Origin: Octopus vulgaris
Lineage: Eukaryota
Assembly: GCA_951406725.2 (NCBI GenBank)
Contig: OX597824.1
Span: 45,384,001-45,448,000, forward strand
DNA length: 64,000 nt
Direction: 5' to 3'
Under the pieces are notes generated by a model. That model saw nothing but the letters and a program-made list of their open reading frames with translations, did not search any database and had not been told where the DNA came from. Positions 24,406 through 39,034 of this stretch are shown in pieces. Made by a program: the position numbers and the translations under genes. Position 1 is the first letter of the stretch, and each line of letters starts with the position of its first letter.

Positions 24406-26625
24406 TTGGTGCAGATAAGCTGAAGTTTAATATAAATAGTGTAATGAGATTTCATTTCAAATCAAAAATCTTCAGATGGGACATCATCTCAGATGGGATT
24501 GATATTAAAAGGGTTAAACAACTATGGCAATCAGCAAGTGGTAACAAATTAAAACATATACTAAGATTGGGTTGGTAGGCTTCAGTGGTTTTAATGTTTT
24601 TTTTTCTTTTATAGTCATAACCATTTGTATAAAAATATTGAGCTAATATTGTATAGGACTTGTATCTAACTGGTGAAACTGGTACACAAGAAAGAGTTCA
24701 GTAGCTTATATATTAGGTAAGTGCTGACTCTTTCGTTGATGGTATTTAATAGCAGTTTGTGGTGATAGATATTTTTAATTGGTACATATGTGTGTGTGTG
24801 CATGTGTATTCTATAGTTTCATTTAAGCAAAGTGATATTAATAATCAGTTATTAGAATTCAATATGCATCTGCTTTATAGTAAAGTATTAGATGAGTTTA
24901 GGGTGTAATATTAACTAACAAATGGCAAAGGAACAGGAATCAAGTCATCAACTTCATTGACTTGCAGCTATTTCTGCAACAGGAAGTAGTACACTTAGAG
25001 CTGAGTGCTTGTGCAATAACTTTTCGTTTCCTTGGAGTTATTATATAAGTACATATACACACAACAGGTTTTTGTCTATCAATTTCCACTAATGCGACAT
25101 TGGTCAACCAAAGTGCTTGGTAAAATGACATGCCCAAGGTACCACACAGTGGGATTTAACTCAAAACCACATTAGTTGCCATGTAAGCATCATGCATATA
25201 GCTCTATATGAAACTATTTCTGTACCGTACAGGATCTACAAATCAAACCTGATCAAGCAGAGCTGAGACAAAGGGTGAAAATTGGAGAGCAGCTGCTGTA
25301 GTGTCTCACACCAAATATGTCAAGCTTCAGGCTAGTATGACATAAAAATCACCTTTCATTTTGTGGTGTTTTACCTATAGTTTTCGTAGTGCTATCCAAC
25401 TGTCTCAGATACCACCATGACAATGCTATTTAAAACTGAATATATAAAATAAAGATATTGAAAGTTAGTAATAATGTTAAAATTGTGCCAGTTATATTTC
25501 TGAGAATTAATCATTAAAAAAAATTCTATTTCAGTTTCTTTTTCCTTCTACTTCAGAATATTTTCCCAACAAATGCTATTAAGGAATTGAATAAAATCCC
25601 TTCTCCATTATATATATGAAGTTAGTCACAGTTGCATTGTATATTACAAGCCAGGGACGAAAAAAAAACAAAAACAACCATGCAACAAAATAATTTTTTG
25701 CAGTTATGAAGCATTTTCTTTAATAGAATCAGAGGGAAGTAACTGAAATATGTGGGTGTCTGATTATATATACCAGTTCCCACACAATGTATAAACCGTT
25801 TATTCCATACTAACTGCTTTCAATTTACATTTTATTCCCAAAACTATATAGGTCATTTTAACCAAAATTGACAAGTGTACTGGAATAAATAAGTAGCTGT
25901 AGCAATTCAAATACAAGTGTATGAGTGATTTTTTAAATTTATTTGTGACAAAATGGGATGAGTCACATATTAGTACATACACCAACTGGTATATTTAATT
26001 TTTTAAACATACTGAAACTGTATCCCCTTTCTATGATGCAAATTTCTCGCTTTAAAAGTGATCTAAATTAAGACTTGACATCAAAATTTCATGTTACTTT
26101 ATGTTCCAAACACCAGACAGTTATTTTACTAAATTCATTATTTAAAGAATCAACTGACACAAAAGAAGTGTATCTCAGCAGAAATATAGTAACAAAAGAG
26201 TTAAACATACTGAATAGTTTATAAAAAAAACATTAAATCAGTTCCTAGTGGTGAGAAAGAAATTATATTTTTATACTTAATGGTGATATTCTTAGACTTG
26301 TTTAAATCTGTCTTAATATACAATAGATAAATATCTCAGCATTAAAAGTCACAAAACCATATGGTTAGTTACTTTACAACAAAATTCCTTTCTATGTCCT
26401 TACATGCTTTAGTGCCTTGTAGGAGAATGTAAGTGAAGAGATGTGAATTCTTAACCAAAGCCAAAAATATATGTTTTTGATACTACAAAAGAATTCTATA
26501 GATGTAAACATCATATGTCATATTTGATGGCAATATTTAATAGAATTCGGCTTTGGATAACGCTTCTCGGTTCTTACTAAAACAAATAGAAAGTTTTCTA
26601 CTTGATTGTCAGGTTTTGTGTGTGC

Positions 26626-26684
<59 letters not shown>

Positions 26685-28232
26685 ACACAAGTGTGGATGT
26701 GTTTGGGTGTACTCATAAGTGAAAAAAAAAGTACAATACATGTATATAGTAGAGTTTATTTCAAAGCTGAGGCAGTACTTCATTGCTTAATGCTATTTTT
26801 TTGTTACTATCATATTCTCAAATAACTTTAACCCTCTGGACACAAACTTGCCTGGTTTTAAAGTAATCTAAATTAGAAACTTCCATCAAATTTTCTTGTT
26901 AATTTATATTCCAAACACTAGATTGAGGAAGTTATTTTACTAAAATCTTCATTAATTTCAAAATTAATTGAAAGAAAAGTGGTGTATTTCAACAAAAATA
27001 TGGTAACAAATAAGTTAAAAACATGCTAGTAACAGGAAACTTGGAATACCAATGGAATGAAACTCCAGTTTTGAATGAATGAATGTATGAATGACTAACA
27101 ATCCAGAGAAAAGCACTATGAAGACTTACGTATATCTCACTCAAAGCGGTCATGTCTTAGACTTATTCTTAAATTACATAATACTTTGATGCACTGGCAT
27201 TCATCAATCCCTACACACACCTTAGTCAAGGTAATATTACCAATATACACATGATGGAACAAAATCACTACTTTTTTTTCAGGTCATTGTAACTTGAGCC
27301 TCTTAATAATTCTAGACTTTTGATATATATTTGTGTAATATGTGTGTTTGTATGTACATATATAAGCATAAACCTAGCTCAGAATTAAAGGACCACATCT
27401 GAACATAAACATAAAAACATTTAAAAAAGCAAACAAAATAAACAAGGGAAATGGTTATAGGGACTCAAAAGTAATTTAATTTTTTTATTATTAATATAAT
27501 TTATTATTACTGATGATTTTCTTTTAGGTACAAGGCCAATCTTGTATTACTAGCCAAGTACCATAAACTTACTGCATGTTTCATTAGTCCTGGATTAATA
27601 CTGGTTAATAACTAGGCATGAGGCCAAATTTTGTCAGGGGACAGGTGGAGTTAATTGAATCGCTGTCAGTATATTACTGGTACTAATTCTATTAACATCC
27701 AAGCCCAAAAAACGATTGTTAAAGTTGACTGCTGGATTGTAAATTGTAGCCTCGAGACAAAAAATTTAATATGAAGTATTTAATTGAGCATTACTATCTT
27801 GGCCATCTCCATTAATAATAACAACAACCACCACAACAATAAAAGACTTTCATGAAGAAATGAACAAGACTGTTTAGTTGGAGTGTGAGAAATAGAGGAA
27901 AGTAAAAATCAAAACTGATTTTGTATGAAAATAAACCACTACGAAACAGGTTTTTGGAAGCTGTGTATTGTTTGATATATGGTTTTTATTTTTCCAAGTT
28001 TATCACATTAATATGCAAATTGTGACACCTAGAATGACAGGCTCAAAGAAGAGTGTGCAGGTCTTCCTCTGTTTTTTTTTTGGTATTTTTTTAAGGGAGA
28101 GGGGATGGAAAAAAAAAGAGGAAGCCTTTTTTTCTTTTTAATACATATATCTTTTGGTTATCAGTTCATAATTTGAAACACAAATTTTTACAGTTAATTG
28201 AAATAAGAAAACATAATACACAAGTAGTAGTA

Positions 28233-28277
<45 letters not shown>

Positions 28278-28499
28278 TAGGCAAATAGAGTTAAGTGTCC
28301 TGCCCAATGACACAGCGCAATGCCTGCAACATGATACAAACTGAAAGCCTGATCCCTTTATCTACACAAACATTGCGCCTCACAACAAGAATAATATTTA
28401 ATGAATAAAAATTAATTAAAAAAAGTCTATATTATTATTTCACAGACACAGACAATGCTTGGGAACCAGTGAATGTGTGTATGTAAAGATATAATATTT

Positions 28500-30318
28500 A
28501 CAAATGTCTATATAAACTCTTGAAGCTGATTCCTCAATTTAAAAAAAAATTTGTTTATTCAATGTTATTTGAAGTTGAAATAATGACCACAAAAAAAAAA
28601 AAAAAACCAAATACAGTAGTATTTAAAAAAAAAATCAAGAAAAATTTAAAAGAGCGAAAAAAAAAAAACCCCAATGTTAAAACATTTCTTAACAGATTTT
28701 ATTTTTTTGTACATGATCCTTTGAACAGAAAAAAAAAGGAAGGAAAACACAGAAAACATTTTTTGTTTTAAATTTACCACCCTTTTTGTTGCATATATAT
28801 ATATTTTCGTAGGTTTTAATTATTTGTATGTTTGTCTGCAGATGGGTGATTGTGAGTGAGTGTGTGTGCATGAATGTACTCATTTGTCTAATACTTCATA
28901 CTTCACATGTAAGAAATTTCATGGACAAGTATGTGCATAATTATATGCATGATTGAGTTTATATGTGTGTTTGTGTGTACTTTATCAGTTAACATACAAA
29001 ATGGGAGTTTTGGAGATTAAGAAGGGAAATTTTAGCTGCCGACCAAGCTTACACACGATACAAAACTTTCTTTAAAACAGCATCAACTGTCATTTGGTTT
29101 TCTGTCTTATTTAAAGGAAGAGACAAGGCAAGAAATGAGAAAAGAAAGAGATAAAGAAAACTCACAAATATTGATCAACTAAGTGAATTACTGAGAGAGA
29201 GAGAGAAAGAAAGAGATAGAGAGAGAGAAAGAGAGAGAGAGAGTGTGTGTGTGTGTGTGTGTGGACAAGTAATGTTAGGAAACTGATGGAAGTGAGTAGA
29301 TAGAAATTAAATATTTGGTCAATAGATTAAGTAAATAAAATGGTATACCCTCCTAAGAAATGTGGTTTGTTAATGCAAACTATTTTCTAAATGACTTATG
29401 AATAACCAAAGACATGTTGTAATAATAATAATACTAATGGAATGAATAGCCTTAGTTTATATACATATATATGTGTGTGTGTATGTGTGTGTGTGTATAT
29501 ATATATATATAAACTAGTTGTTTTTCAAATTTATTTCTTGCAGTCAAAAAACATTAATTGCTCCTTGGAACAGTTTAAAATAGGGTGCAGTTGTGTGTAA
29601 ATATAAATAAGCACAACAAGCAGTAACAGAAAGAGGAACTTAAGTGAGATTTAGTGACACCAAGCTCTTTGGTTGCTTTCTGAGCTAATAAAGGAGTCTC
29701 TGTAATGGTTGCTCAACCCACAAGAAATAGCAGCCAAATCCCCATAAAAATCAAATGCCCTACTATCTTAAAAAATGAAGAACACACTGAATGATGTAGT
29801 CTTAGATACATAGGATTGTATGGTTATGGCAGGAATGCTTTTGATCATACATCAACCAACCAAATACTTTTTCACTTTGTGCTTAAAAGCCTTAACTTTC
29901 CAATAGATTTGTATCTTTGTAACTGTTAAATATTTTTTTTATTTACTTCTGCACAATGCATGCAAAAGACACACTTGCATTCATTTTGTTACTGTTATTT
30001 TCAGATATATATCTCAAAATCTGTAGCTCACCCCAGTTTAGAAAATGATACATAAAAGATGGATAAAGTAAAATAATTTACCAGATTATGCACTAAGAGA
30101 TAAGAAAATCCTGTTTCAAGTCACAAATTATATATATATATATATATATATGTATAAGTTTTTGTGTATGTATGTATGCTTTAAAAAAAAACATTGTGGT
30201 CGACCAGCCAGAAAAAGGTTTGGCTCTTCATTTTTTTCAATATTTGAAAAGATTGTATGAATTAGTCTTGGATTTCTTTCCAAGAAAGTATTTGTTTGAG
30301 AAAGAGAAAAATGGAGAG

Positions 30319-30365
<47 letters not shown>

Positions 30366-30809
30366 AAAGAGAGAGAGAGAGAGTAAAAGAGAGATATGAG
30401 GATTAAAAAATAAATAAAAAGGAAAATAAAAAAAATAACTTATTGAAAGTAATCTTTTATTGAAATAAAACAGCAAGTATTAGTTTATAACTTTACTATT
30501 TTTAATATTACTACTATTATCATCATCATAAACATTATTATAAATAATAATTTTCCTCTTTTTGTTTCTGCTTGGTTTTTAACATATTTATATTGGAGAA
30601 AAAAAAAAAAGAAGAAATCTTTGTGTCGTAGAAGTTACTTCAGACACAAATTTAAATGGGGTGGGGGTGGGGGAAGAAAAAAACTGAAAAATTAGTGAAA
30701 GCAGCTTGTAGTCAACAATTAAATGAATGCCACAGGTGTCATGAAACACCAGTGGTTTCATCTTGACAGATAATGGATCCCACAACATTATTTATATACA
30801 TACATACAA

Positions 30810-30846
<37 letters not shown>

Positions 30847-31774
30847 TATATACATACATACACACATATATATACATATGTATATATATATATATATATA
30901 AATATACATACATATGTATATATATGAGACACACACACACACAGACATACATAACTCACATGTGTTGTGTGTGTGTGTGCATGTATGTATGTGTATATAT
31001 AAATATATATATATATTTATACACACACACATATATATATACATACACATGTATATATCAGACAACAGTTTATAATAATAAATATAATAACTAAAAAAAA
31101 TAAAGAAGTTAGAGTTTAGTTAAAGTATGTGTGTATGTATGTATATATATATATACACATACACACACACATGTATGTATAATGAAAGAGTGAGTGAGTG
31201 AGAGAAAGAGAGACATAAAGAAAGTGATAAAAGCGGGAGAGAGGAGAGCATTAAACAATCATCACTGACAATCAATTTCAGGATTCTCATTTTTTATTCT
31301 TCTTCAGGAATGCCTCATGTTGGTCAAGCAACTGTTCTGTTTTATATTGGTAATTTTCTCATTAACATAATAATTAGCTATGTTATCTTTGTTTTGCATA
31401 CATGTAATTCCATGAGTGAAAAGGTAGCTCAGTGCTCACGCCCCACCCCACCACCTCATTTTCTTTCTTTCTCTTCATTGTTATTATTATTATTATTATC
31501 ATCATATTTGTAAACACATACACACACATATACATATATATACACTGAAATATATGTACGCGTATATGCGTGGATGTGTGTGTATATATATATATATATA
31601 GTGTATATGTGTGTATATACATATATAGTGTATATGTGCGTATATACATACATATATATATATACATACATATGCATGTGTATATATATATACATATATT
31701 TATGCATGTGTATATGTGTGTGTGTGTGTATATATACACACATATATATATACACACCCACATATATACACATG

Positions 31775-31811
<37 letters not shown>

Positions 31812-32293
31812 GCAAAAGAAAGATTACACATTCAACCAGCGGCTGCCATTGTCAAAAAGCAGCAGTATTGAGTTAAGAAAAAGTGACTGGGTCAATTGAT
31901 ACAATACAGACATACCAGATGGCCTTTTTGGGATTTTGTTTGCTTCTTTCTTCCCCATTTTGAATTGTTCAATGTCCAATATGTAAGAGACTCAACCAAA
32001 CCAGCTGGGCCAAAAAGAACCTAGTGTTGTTCATTCTTCATGTTTTAGTTGTAGCCTGTCTGAATTGTGTTTATCTTTGAGTTTGTTGTTGATGTTTGTT
32101 GGGTTTAATTTGTTGGGAGTTTAGTTTTTGTCTATTATATCTTCTTTTTTTCTTTTTTTTTCTTCATCCAGTAGTTCAGCTAGTGACTGTCTGTCTGTCA
32201 CACTGTAATGACCGCTGCACAGCAGTGGGGGGGGAAGTTCTAATTAGCAGACTGCATACTCACAAAGTAGCATTCAACAATGCTATCCAAAAT
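28500..32293 (-). other. Probable Ena 3' UTR (end not defined)
   Basis: Follows the stop codon. U-rich and GU/UA-repeat-rich on the minus strand with few transposon fragments; minus-strand AATAAA candidates near 30456 and 28554. The end cannot be fixed from sequence. Confidence 0.4.
30790..31810. repeat. Compound (TA)/(CA)/(TG) microsatellite blocks in the putative Ena 3' UTR
   Basis: Blocks at about 30790-31060 and 31510-31810; (GA)n at about 30313-30395. Confidence 0.9.
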
Positions 32294-32322
32294 TTATCGG
32301 TTACTAAGTTCTTGGCGTAGGG
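32294..32322 (-). CDS. ena: Ena/VASP terminal coding exon: (A)LRQELSNR*
   Basis: Acceptor ctctttccag|CC; G+CC=Ala completes ...IIDALRQELSNR-TAA, the canonical Ena/Mena C-terminus (IIDAIRQEL). Confidence 0.92.
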
Positions 32323-32545
32323 CTGGAAAGAGAAAAAGAGCGAAGGAAGGAAAAAATAAATTAGTTATTCACTTTTATAAATACACACTATCTACTGATT
32401 TGATTTCTGAAGAGACAAAAAAAAAAAAGAATTTGAATTTTCCCTCCATTTTCTTCCAAGTGAACCCAAGTTAAGAAATAGATACCCATTAGTTAGGTCA
32501 GTAAACTAAGGTGCTGGGACATTGACTGCATAAAATAAAGATTAA

Positions 32546-32756
32546 CCCTTTAGTGTTCAAATTATTCTGCCAAATGTAATGCTTACTTATTCATATTGTT
32601 TTGAATTAATCATGTATTGTCTCATAGCTTTGAGATTTCAGTGATGTTATTCTTTATTTTAGAATGACATTGTAGGGTAGGTGCGAGAGCCTAGACCTGG
32701 CCAGTTTGAACTTAAAGCAGAAGGGGTTGGATATAATCAATATAATTGCTAAAGGG
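32546..32756 (+). mobile_element. piggyBac-type MITE (second family)
   Basis: TTAA|ccctttag ... ctaaaggg|TTAA. Same family as 34416-34637, about 10086-10232 and about 62941-62992. Confidence 0.8.
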
Positions 32757-33494
32757 TTAAATATCACTGCAGGTACTAAGGCAGCTCCTATGTGGTCACA
32801 TGACCTACCAAAGATAGCTGCCATATCTCCTCCAAATTACACCCTATTAAAAGAAAAGCATTAAATAATCTATTCCTTTCAGAAAAATGTAGCATGATTG
32901 TGGCTGTAATGGCTTTGACTATAGCTCTGCTGAATTGGGGCTCATAAAGGGCAAAACAAGACATGTTATTCGTTCTAATCAACCAAATAGGAATAGTTAG
33001 ACTGTATGATCAAGAAACTGCTTTTGGTCAGGTTATTTAAGCATAAAGAAACAAAAACATTCATCACATGGCTGTGTGGCACCTTGGGCAAGGGTCTTCT
33101 ACTTCAGGTTGACAAAGACTTGCGAGTGGATTTGGTAGAGAGAAACTGAAAGAAGCCTGTTGTATATATATCAATATAAAATGTGTGTTTGTCCCCCAAC
33201 ACCACTTGATAAACAGTGTTGGTGTCATTATGTCCCTGTAACTTAGTGGTTTGGTAAAAGAGACTGATAGAATAAGTACCACACTTAAAAAAAAAATTGC
33301 ACTGGGATTGATTTGCTTCACTAAAATTCTTCAAGGTAGTACCCCAGTGTGGTCACAGTCTAAAGACAAAAGATAAATATTATTTATGAAAACTTTTAAA
33401 AGATTGTTGCCTATCTTGATATTTCATGTAGCACACATATCAATATATAAATAAATAAAACATAATAGGTAGTTTCACAATGGTGATCAGAATC

Positions 33495-33870
33495 ATGTAG
33501 GTTTGGATTGGCTGTGGTAGTAAAGGCCAGGTTGGTCCACAGTACTCATGGTGGTAAAAAACAAAGTTGTTCCATGTTGGTTGTTGTAGTAAAAGCCAGT
33601 TAGATCCATGTTAGTAGTGGTGGTAAAAGTCAAGCCAGGTAAGTCCATGTTGGATATGGTGGTAAAAGAAGAGTAGGTCTATGTTGGTCAGGATAGTAAA
33701 AGCAAGGTAGATCCAGGAAGGTCTATATTGGTAGTTGTGACAGTAAAAGTTAGGCAAGTCCATGTTGGTTATGGTTTATGTTAGTGGAGGTAAAGTCAGG
33801 TAAATCCATAGAGGTAGTTGTATAAGCCCAGGTAGATCCATAGTATTGAAGATGGTAGTAAGTAGTAAAA
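33495..33870. repeat. Degenerate 31-36-bp minisatellite (ggtagatccatgttggtagtggtggtaaaagcca) in the last Ena intron
   Basis: The tccatgtt...gtaaaag motif recurs roughly ten times. Confidence 0.75.
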
Positions 33871-34062
33871 ACTTCCACCATCTTTACAGTATACCTACCT
33901 AACTTTTAATATTACTGCAAAAAAAAAAGATTAAGAAAGTGGCAGCAGAAAACATTAGGTAGATCCTTAGTAGTAGAAGATAAGAACACAGTAGATTTAT
34001 GATTGATATAGGTAGATGTAAAGAGTAAATATGAGGTTTGAGAGTAGTGATCAGTAACCTAC

Positions 34063-34208
34063 CATCAATAATATCAAGTTTTACTTTCTGCAGTTCCCTT
34101 CTCATTTCTGCAACAATCTCCTGCTTCAGCAATTCAAAATCACCGGATGTGTTGCCCCCACCATTAGATACAGTGATAATTTCTTGACCAGTCAAGGAAA
34201 GCTTTTGT
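34063..34208 (-). CDS. ena: Ena/VASP exon: tetramerisation coiled coil, (R)QKLSLTGQEIITVSNGGGNTSGDFELLKQEIVAEMRRELQKVKLDIID
   Basis: Within ORF 33899..34252; acceptor tgtttttcag|A and donor G|gtaggt. DFELLKQEIVAEMRRELQKVKLDIID matches the VASP_tetra motif (DLDRMKQEILEEVRKELQKVKEEIIDA). Confidence 0.95.
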
Positions 34209-34415
34209 CTGAAAAACAGAAACGAACAGATTTTTGTTTTTAAAAATAACAATATTTTTGTGCTGGAGTTTGGACAGCCTTAATGTCATAAAAGCTGCCC
34301 TCTGTTTACACATACTCTGGTTTACATAATCTGACAACAATATGCAAATGAAAATCTTAAGCACATTGTCTGTCTCTTCTGCTAATATAATAATCTACAC
34401 TCAATTGTACTTTAA

Positions 34416-34637
34416 CTTTTTAACATTTAAATCAGCCAAATCTGGCCAAAATATTCTACTTGTTTTATTGGTCAAACAAGTCAGATCCAACCTCTCACAC
34501 CTACCCTACAATGTCACCCTAAAAATAAACAGTCACATCCTTGGAATCTCAAAGCTATGAGATAAATGCTTGATTAATTCAAAACAATCTGATTAAATAA
34601 ACATTACATTTGACAGAGTGATCTGAATGCTAAAGGG
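34416..34637 (-). mobile_element. piggyBac-type MITE (second family, opposite orientation)
   Basis: TTAA-flanked; its reverse complement (ccctttagcattcagatcactctgtcaaatgtaatg...) matches the start of 32546-32756. Confidence 0.8.
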
Positions 34638-35711
34638 TTAAAGTGTATACCAATTAGAGCTAAACTTGTAAATCCTTCCATTATTATAACTGTGAAACAC
34701 TTCCTTACAATAGATTCATAGTAGTCAGACTTGTTTACAATAATTTTGGAGTCTGGTAATAAGACATCAAAGCTTCTCTGCACCATTTCTATGTTTTAGA
34801 ATCTCTTTAATGTTTTACGGTTTTCTTTTCCAATTTTTTTTCTGAAATACCTTTAAATAAATATGAACTATATTGTTGTTTCAGCTAATAATCAGTTATT
34901 CACAATTGACAGTTCTGTAAACTATTTAGTCCTTCTCCACAAGTGCAACCTTGTGGAATTCTCTCTGCCCATGTGTCTTGTTCGATCACTACATTGTAAT
35001 AATTAACACTAAATAACAACTATACTAACCTTACTATTGTCCCAACAAGTATGGATAAACAGACTCATTAACAAAAGGACTTATATTTCCTTTGTACTTT
35101 TACTTAAAGCAATCTGTTAATAGGTGACAATTTCAAATAACTTCAATTGGACTGATAGAAGTTGTCATATTTGTATGCTCTCATGGAGCTTCAGTAAATG
35201 AAGTGAAAATCTGACTGAATTAAAACTGGGACACAGTCTGTTTATTGGCAACTTACCTCCCATGCATGCTGTCTGCCTCCAAAACATAAAATACAGTGTA
35301 GTACAACACTGCAATACACGAGATGCAGTTATGCAGAATTAAAATTCACAACTGTCTTGTTGCAAAAGATAAGAATTTTATTTTATTTTATGTACTAAAT
35401 CTAGTTAAACAAACCTCATGTTTTTATATTTTTTTTATCAGTTCTTAAGAGAACATGAAAAAAAAAAAGGAAAAAAAATCTAAAAAGGCTTGTCCAACTG
35501 TTAAATGCAATTTTGGAAGTTTTAATTGGTCTCAAGCAGAAACAGGAATAGTGGTAGTATTTCCCTATAAAGAAATCTCACTCACATATGCATTATTGCA
35601 ATGAGCAAGATCTCCAAGTCTGTTTTATGTGAAGAATATAACTACATATCTATTAGGTATAACTAGTAATGTCAATCCATTAAGCAATATCCAATTTTAC
35701 AAAGATTAGAA

Positions 35712-35746
<35 letters not shown>

Positions 35747-36589
35747 AAACTGATGTTTGGAGAATGTAGAATAGTTTATAAAATACTGAAAGCTTTAAAC
35801 TGTCTGATGTCAATAATTAAACTATGACTCGTAAATGTGTAAAATGAAATCAGTCAAAAGAAAATTGATGATAGAAGAATATAATAAATAATAATAATAG
35901 ATTAAATTTTAGTTGGAATCTTAGATACATGCTTTAGAAAAGATTTTTCTTAGACACAAAGTTAATTTTATTGTGAGAGGTGTTGACTGAATAAATCTCC
36001 CAGCATATTGGTTCCAAGAAGGATTTGAAGTAGGAATAATGAAGCACCAAATTACATATTATAAGGCACCTAAGTCAGTTATTTACTAAGTGTATATTTT
36101 CACAGTTGTGATGCTGCCACTATCATTATTAAAAATAATAGTTTCTTACATGGACATTAGGCCAGAAAGTTGCAGGGATAGAACAGTTGATTACATTGAT
36201 CTCAGTGTTTGGTGGGATTTGAACTCAGAATGTATAGGTATGCAATCACATATTGCAAGGTATTTTGTCTACTGCTCTACTGATTCTGCTACAGCAGTGG
36301 CTTGATCATTATTACTGGTAATAAAACCACACAATGTTGTAATACATGTGATATAACCATATCTAAACTGTATAAACTATCCTTGCTTGAAAGTACAATG
36401 AAGTCTATGCATCACTGATAAGTAATCAAACAGGAGCATGTCTAGAGTTATCTCCCAGACTTTGCTGTGTAACTACTATTTATTAACATTTAATGCTCTC
36501 TGCATTAAATATGTTAACTCATGCTTAGCTATTATCTTTGGTTTACTTGATGACTTCAGATAAATGATAATTTTCTCCAGCACACTATG

Positions 36590-37080
36590 CTGCAGTAGCC
36601 TCTTGAGATCTCCCTTGTGAAATTAAAAATCTCGGTATCAACTCTCACAAATTCTTTCCATCTTTTCTTCAGGTTCCTTTTACTTTCATAGCTTGGCACT
36701 TCTTCACCCAAATATCACCTTCCATACACATCTCATGTCCATACCAGTGCAGTCTTCTCTCTTTCTCACTACATCTGATTCTTCTTATATTCAGTCAATT
36801 TGTGCACTGTCATTCAAACACACTAAACAGCACACATCCTTGGTTGCCTCATTTCATTCCAGCCTTCACATATCATCCACATTCAATGCTCATGTTTCAC
36901 TACCATGCAACAATGAATTTTGTATGCAAGCATCATACAACCTGCCTTTTGGTCAGATAATCCATTTGTTAACAGTAGAAGAACAGCACCCTAAACTTTT
37001 ACAATTTCCTTCCAAGTTAACCACAGCTGACTACTCTGGTGCATCTGCTAACTATAAAGCCTTCTTTCTCTATCAACCCG
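36590..37080 (-). mobile_element. Old RTE LINE C-terminal fragment in the Ena intron
   Basis: Nucleotide similarity to 600-950 (catgtttcactaccatgc...gcatcatacaacctgcctt). Confidence 0.6.
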
Positions 37081-39034
37081 CCCATAGGCCTAAGTTTAAA
37101 CTATAAGGGAGTAAAATTATTAGTTTCATAAGAGGGATAAATGGCTTCAATGAGAAATTAAAACTAAACTTCAAATTTTGTATGCAATTGAGGCTTATCA
37201 AGAAATTATGCTATACCATAATTTCTTGTGTATGTTTGAATCACCTTGTCTTTATATTGTGTGACAGTTGTAAAATGAGTGTCTTTGTGATATAGGCAGT
37301 GTCATTTGTATGCAGTTTTCTGTGAAATCATGTCCAGCTATTATGCTGTTCATGATAATAGTAGTTAAGTCGTCAGGAATTTCAGAGAGGCAGGATGAAA
37401 AGAAATATATAGATTATTCATTATTAGGCAACAGGCTTGAGATAAAATAGAAAGGTGTGGGATTGAATATTTTCAGGGATTCAAGAGAGATGAAGAGATT
37501 TTGATACTAGAAAGTAAACTATTTTCTGTAATCTTCATTGGAAGAAATTAGTGTTATTATAAAGATACTCATGAACTACACTCTTACCAAAAGCATTTAT
37601 TTGAAATTCCCTCATCTGCATTATAACCTCCTCGAAATATTAGTTTCAAATTTTGGCACTAAGCCATAAATTTTGGGGACAGGAGTATGTTGATTACATC
37701 AAACCCAGTGCTCAACTAGTACTTATTTTACCAACACTGAAAGGATGAAAGGCAAAGTCAACCTCGGTGGAATTTGAACTCAGAACATAAAGATGGACAA
37801 AATACCACTAGCTATATTGTCCAGTGTGCTAACAATTCTGCCAGCTTACTGCCTTTACCCACCTTCAAATATCAACTGACAAATTCCTTCTGTGGCATTA
37901 CATTCCAGCCTTTTGTAGTTACTACTTTGTTCAGAAGAGAAGCATTCTCTTTCTACCACTAACTTCCAACATTTCAAATTGAATGTGAAACTCACATGCA
38001 TTACCCAGCTTTCTAAAGTCTATGAAGTTATTCGTATGAACACTCAAAAGATTAATAAGTAAAAGTAATAAACTCAAAACTCCCAATATAACTTAATTTT
38101 CTAAGGGCAATTGTAACCACTTATTTCTGCTATTGTTTTATATCTCTTCTACTTTACAGGAAGATTGGATGAGATGATGAAGCAAGGGTAAGATTCTAGT
38201 AAACCATTAAAGGAATGAAGTGGAGGGAAATGAGTTCACAAAACTTACGGTACTGGAACAACAGGATTGATCCTTCATAACAAAAATAAAAATAACATTT
38301 TGTATATAAAAAAATTTGGAACACAGAAGAAATTAAATTTTTATTATTATAAAGGCTTCTATCAGGACTTTAAGCTTCACTTGTTTGTAGAATCTTGGTT
38401 TGAGCGAAGAGGGGGTGATAAAAAGAATATCTTTTATGTAACTACTTCCAAATTGAAGCACATGCATGTTGTTTAAGACTTGAAAAGCAGACCAAGCAAA
38501 GCCCACGTCCACATCTGAAAAACAGTTGCCTATAATACAGTTCTGGAAACTCCTGTTTTGTCACTGGATGATAAAACTAATATTCCACATCTCTACTCAA
38601 TCTTTGTGCCTTGAAGAAGCCACTTAGGTTTACTTGAAACAGCCAACTACTGAGTCACAACAAATATACAAGGACATCACTTTGATAAAGGCTGTTCTCA
38701 GTGCAATATACATCCAGTAGTCTTAAAATTTAGGCCAATAGCAATCTAATATTATAAGTGTCAATTTGTATTCCTTAAATTCTGCTTAGTTCCAGTTCAA
38801 GGAAGAAGAAAATGACTACCTTCAAATACAACCTTATTTCAACTTCTCAGTTACAGAGAGGTTATCATTAAAAAAAAAAAGGCAGCAGTGTAACTATTAA
38901 AAAAAATGGGATCCAAGAATAAATAGAATTATCTATATAGGTTGAATTATCCATGTGAATTCTGCTGTGGCAAATATGTGAGTATAAGTGTAAAAATCTT
39001 AAATCAAAATGAAATACAATATCCAGCAACAAAC

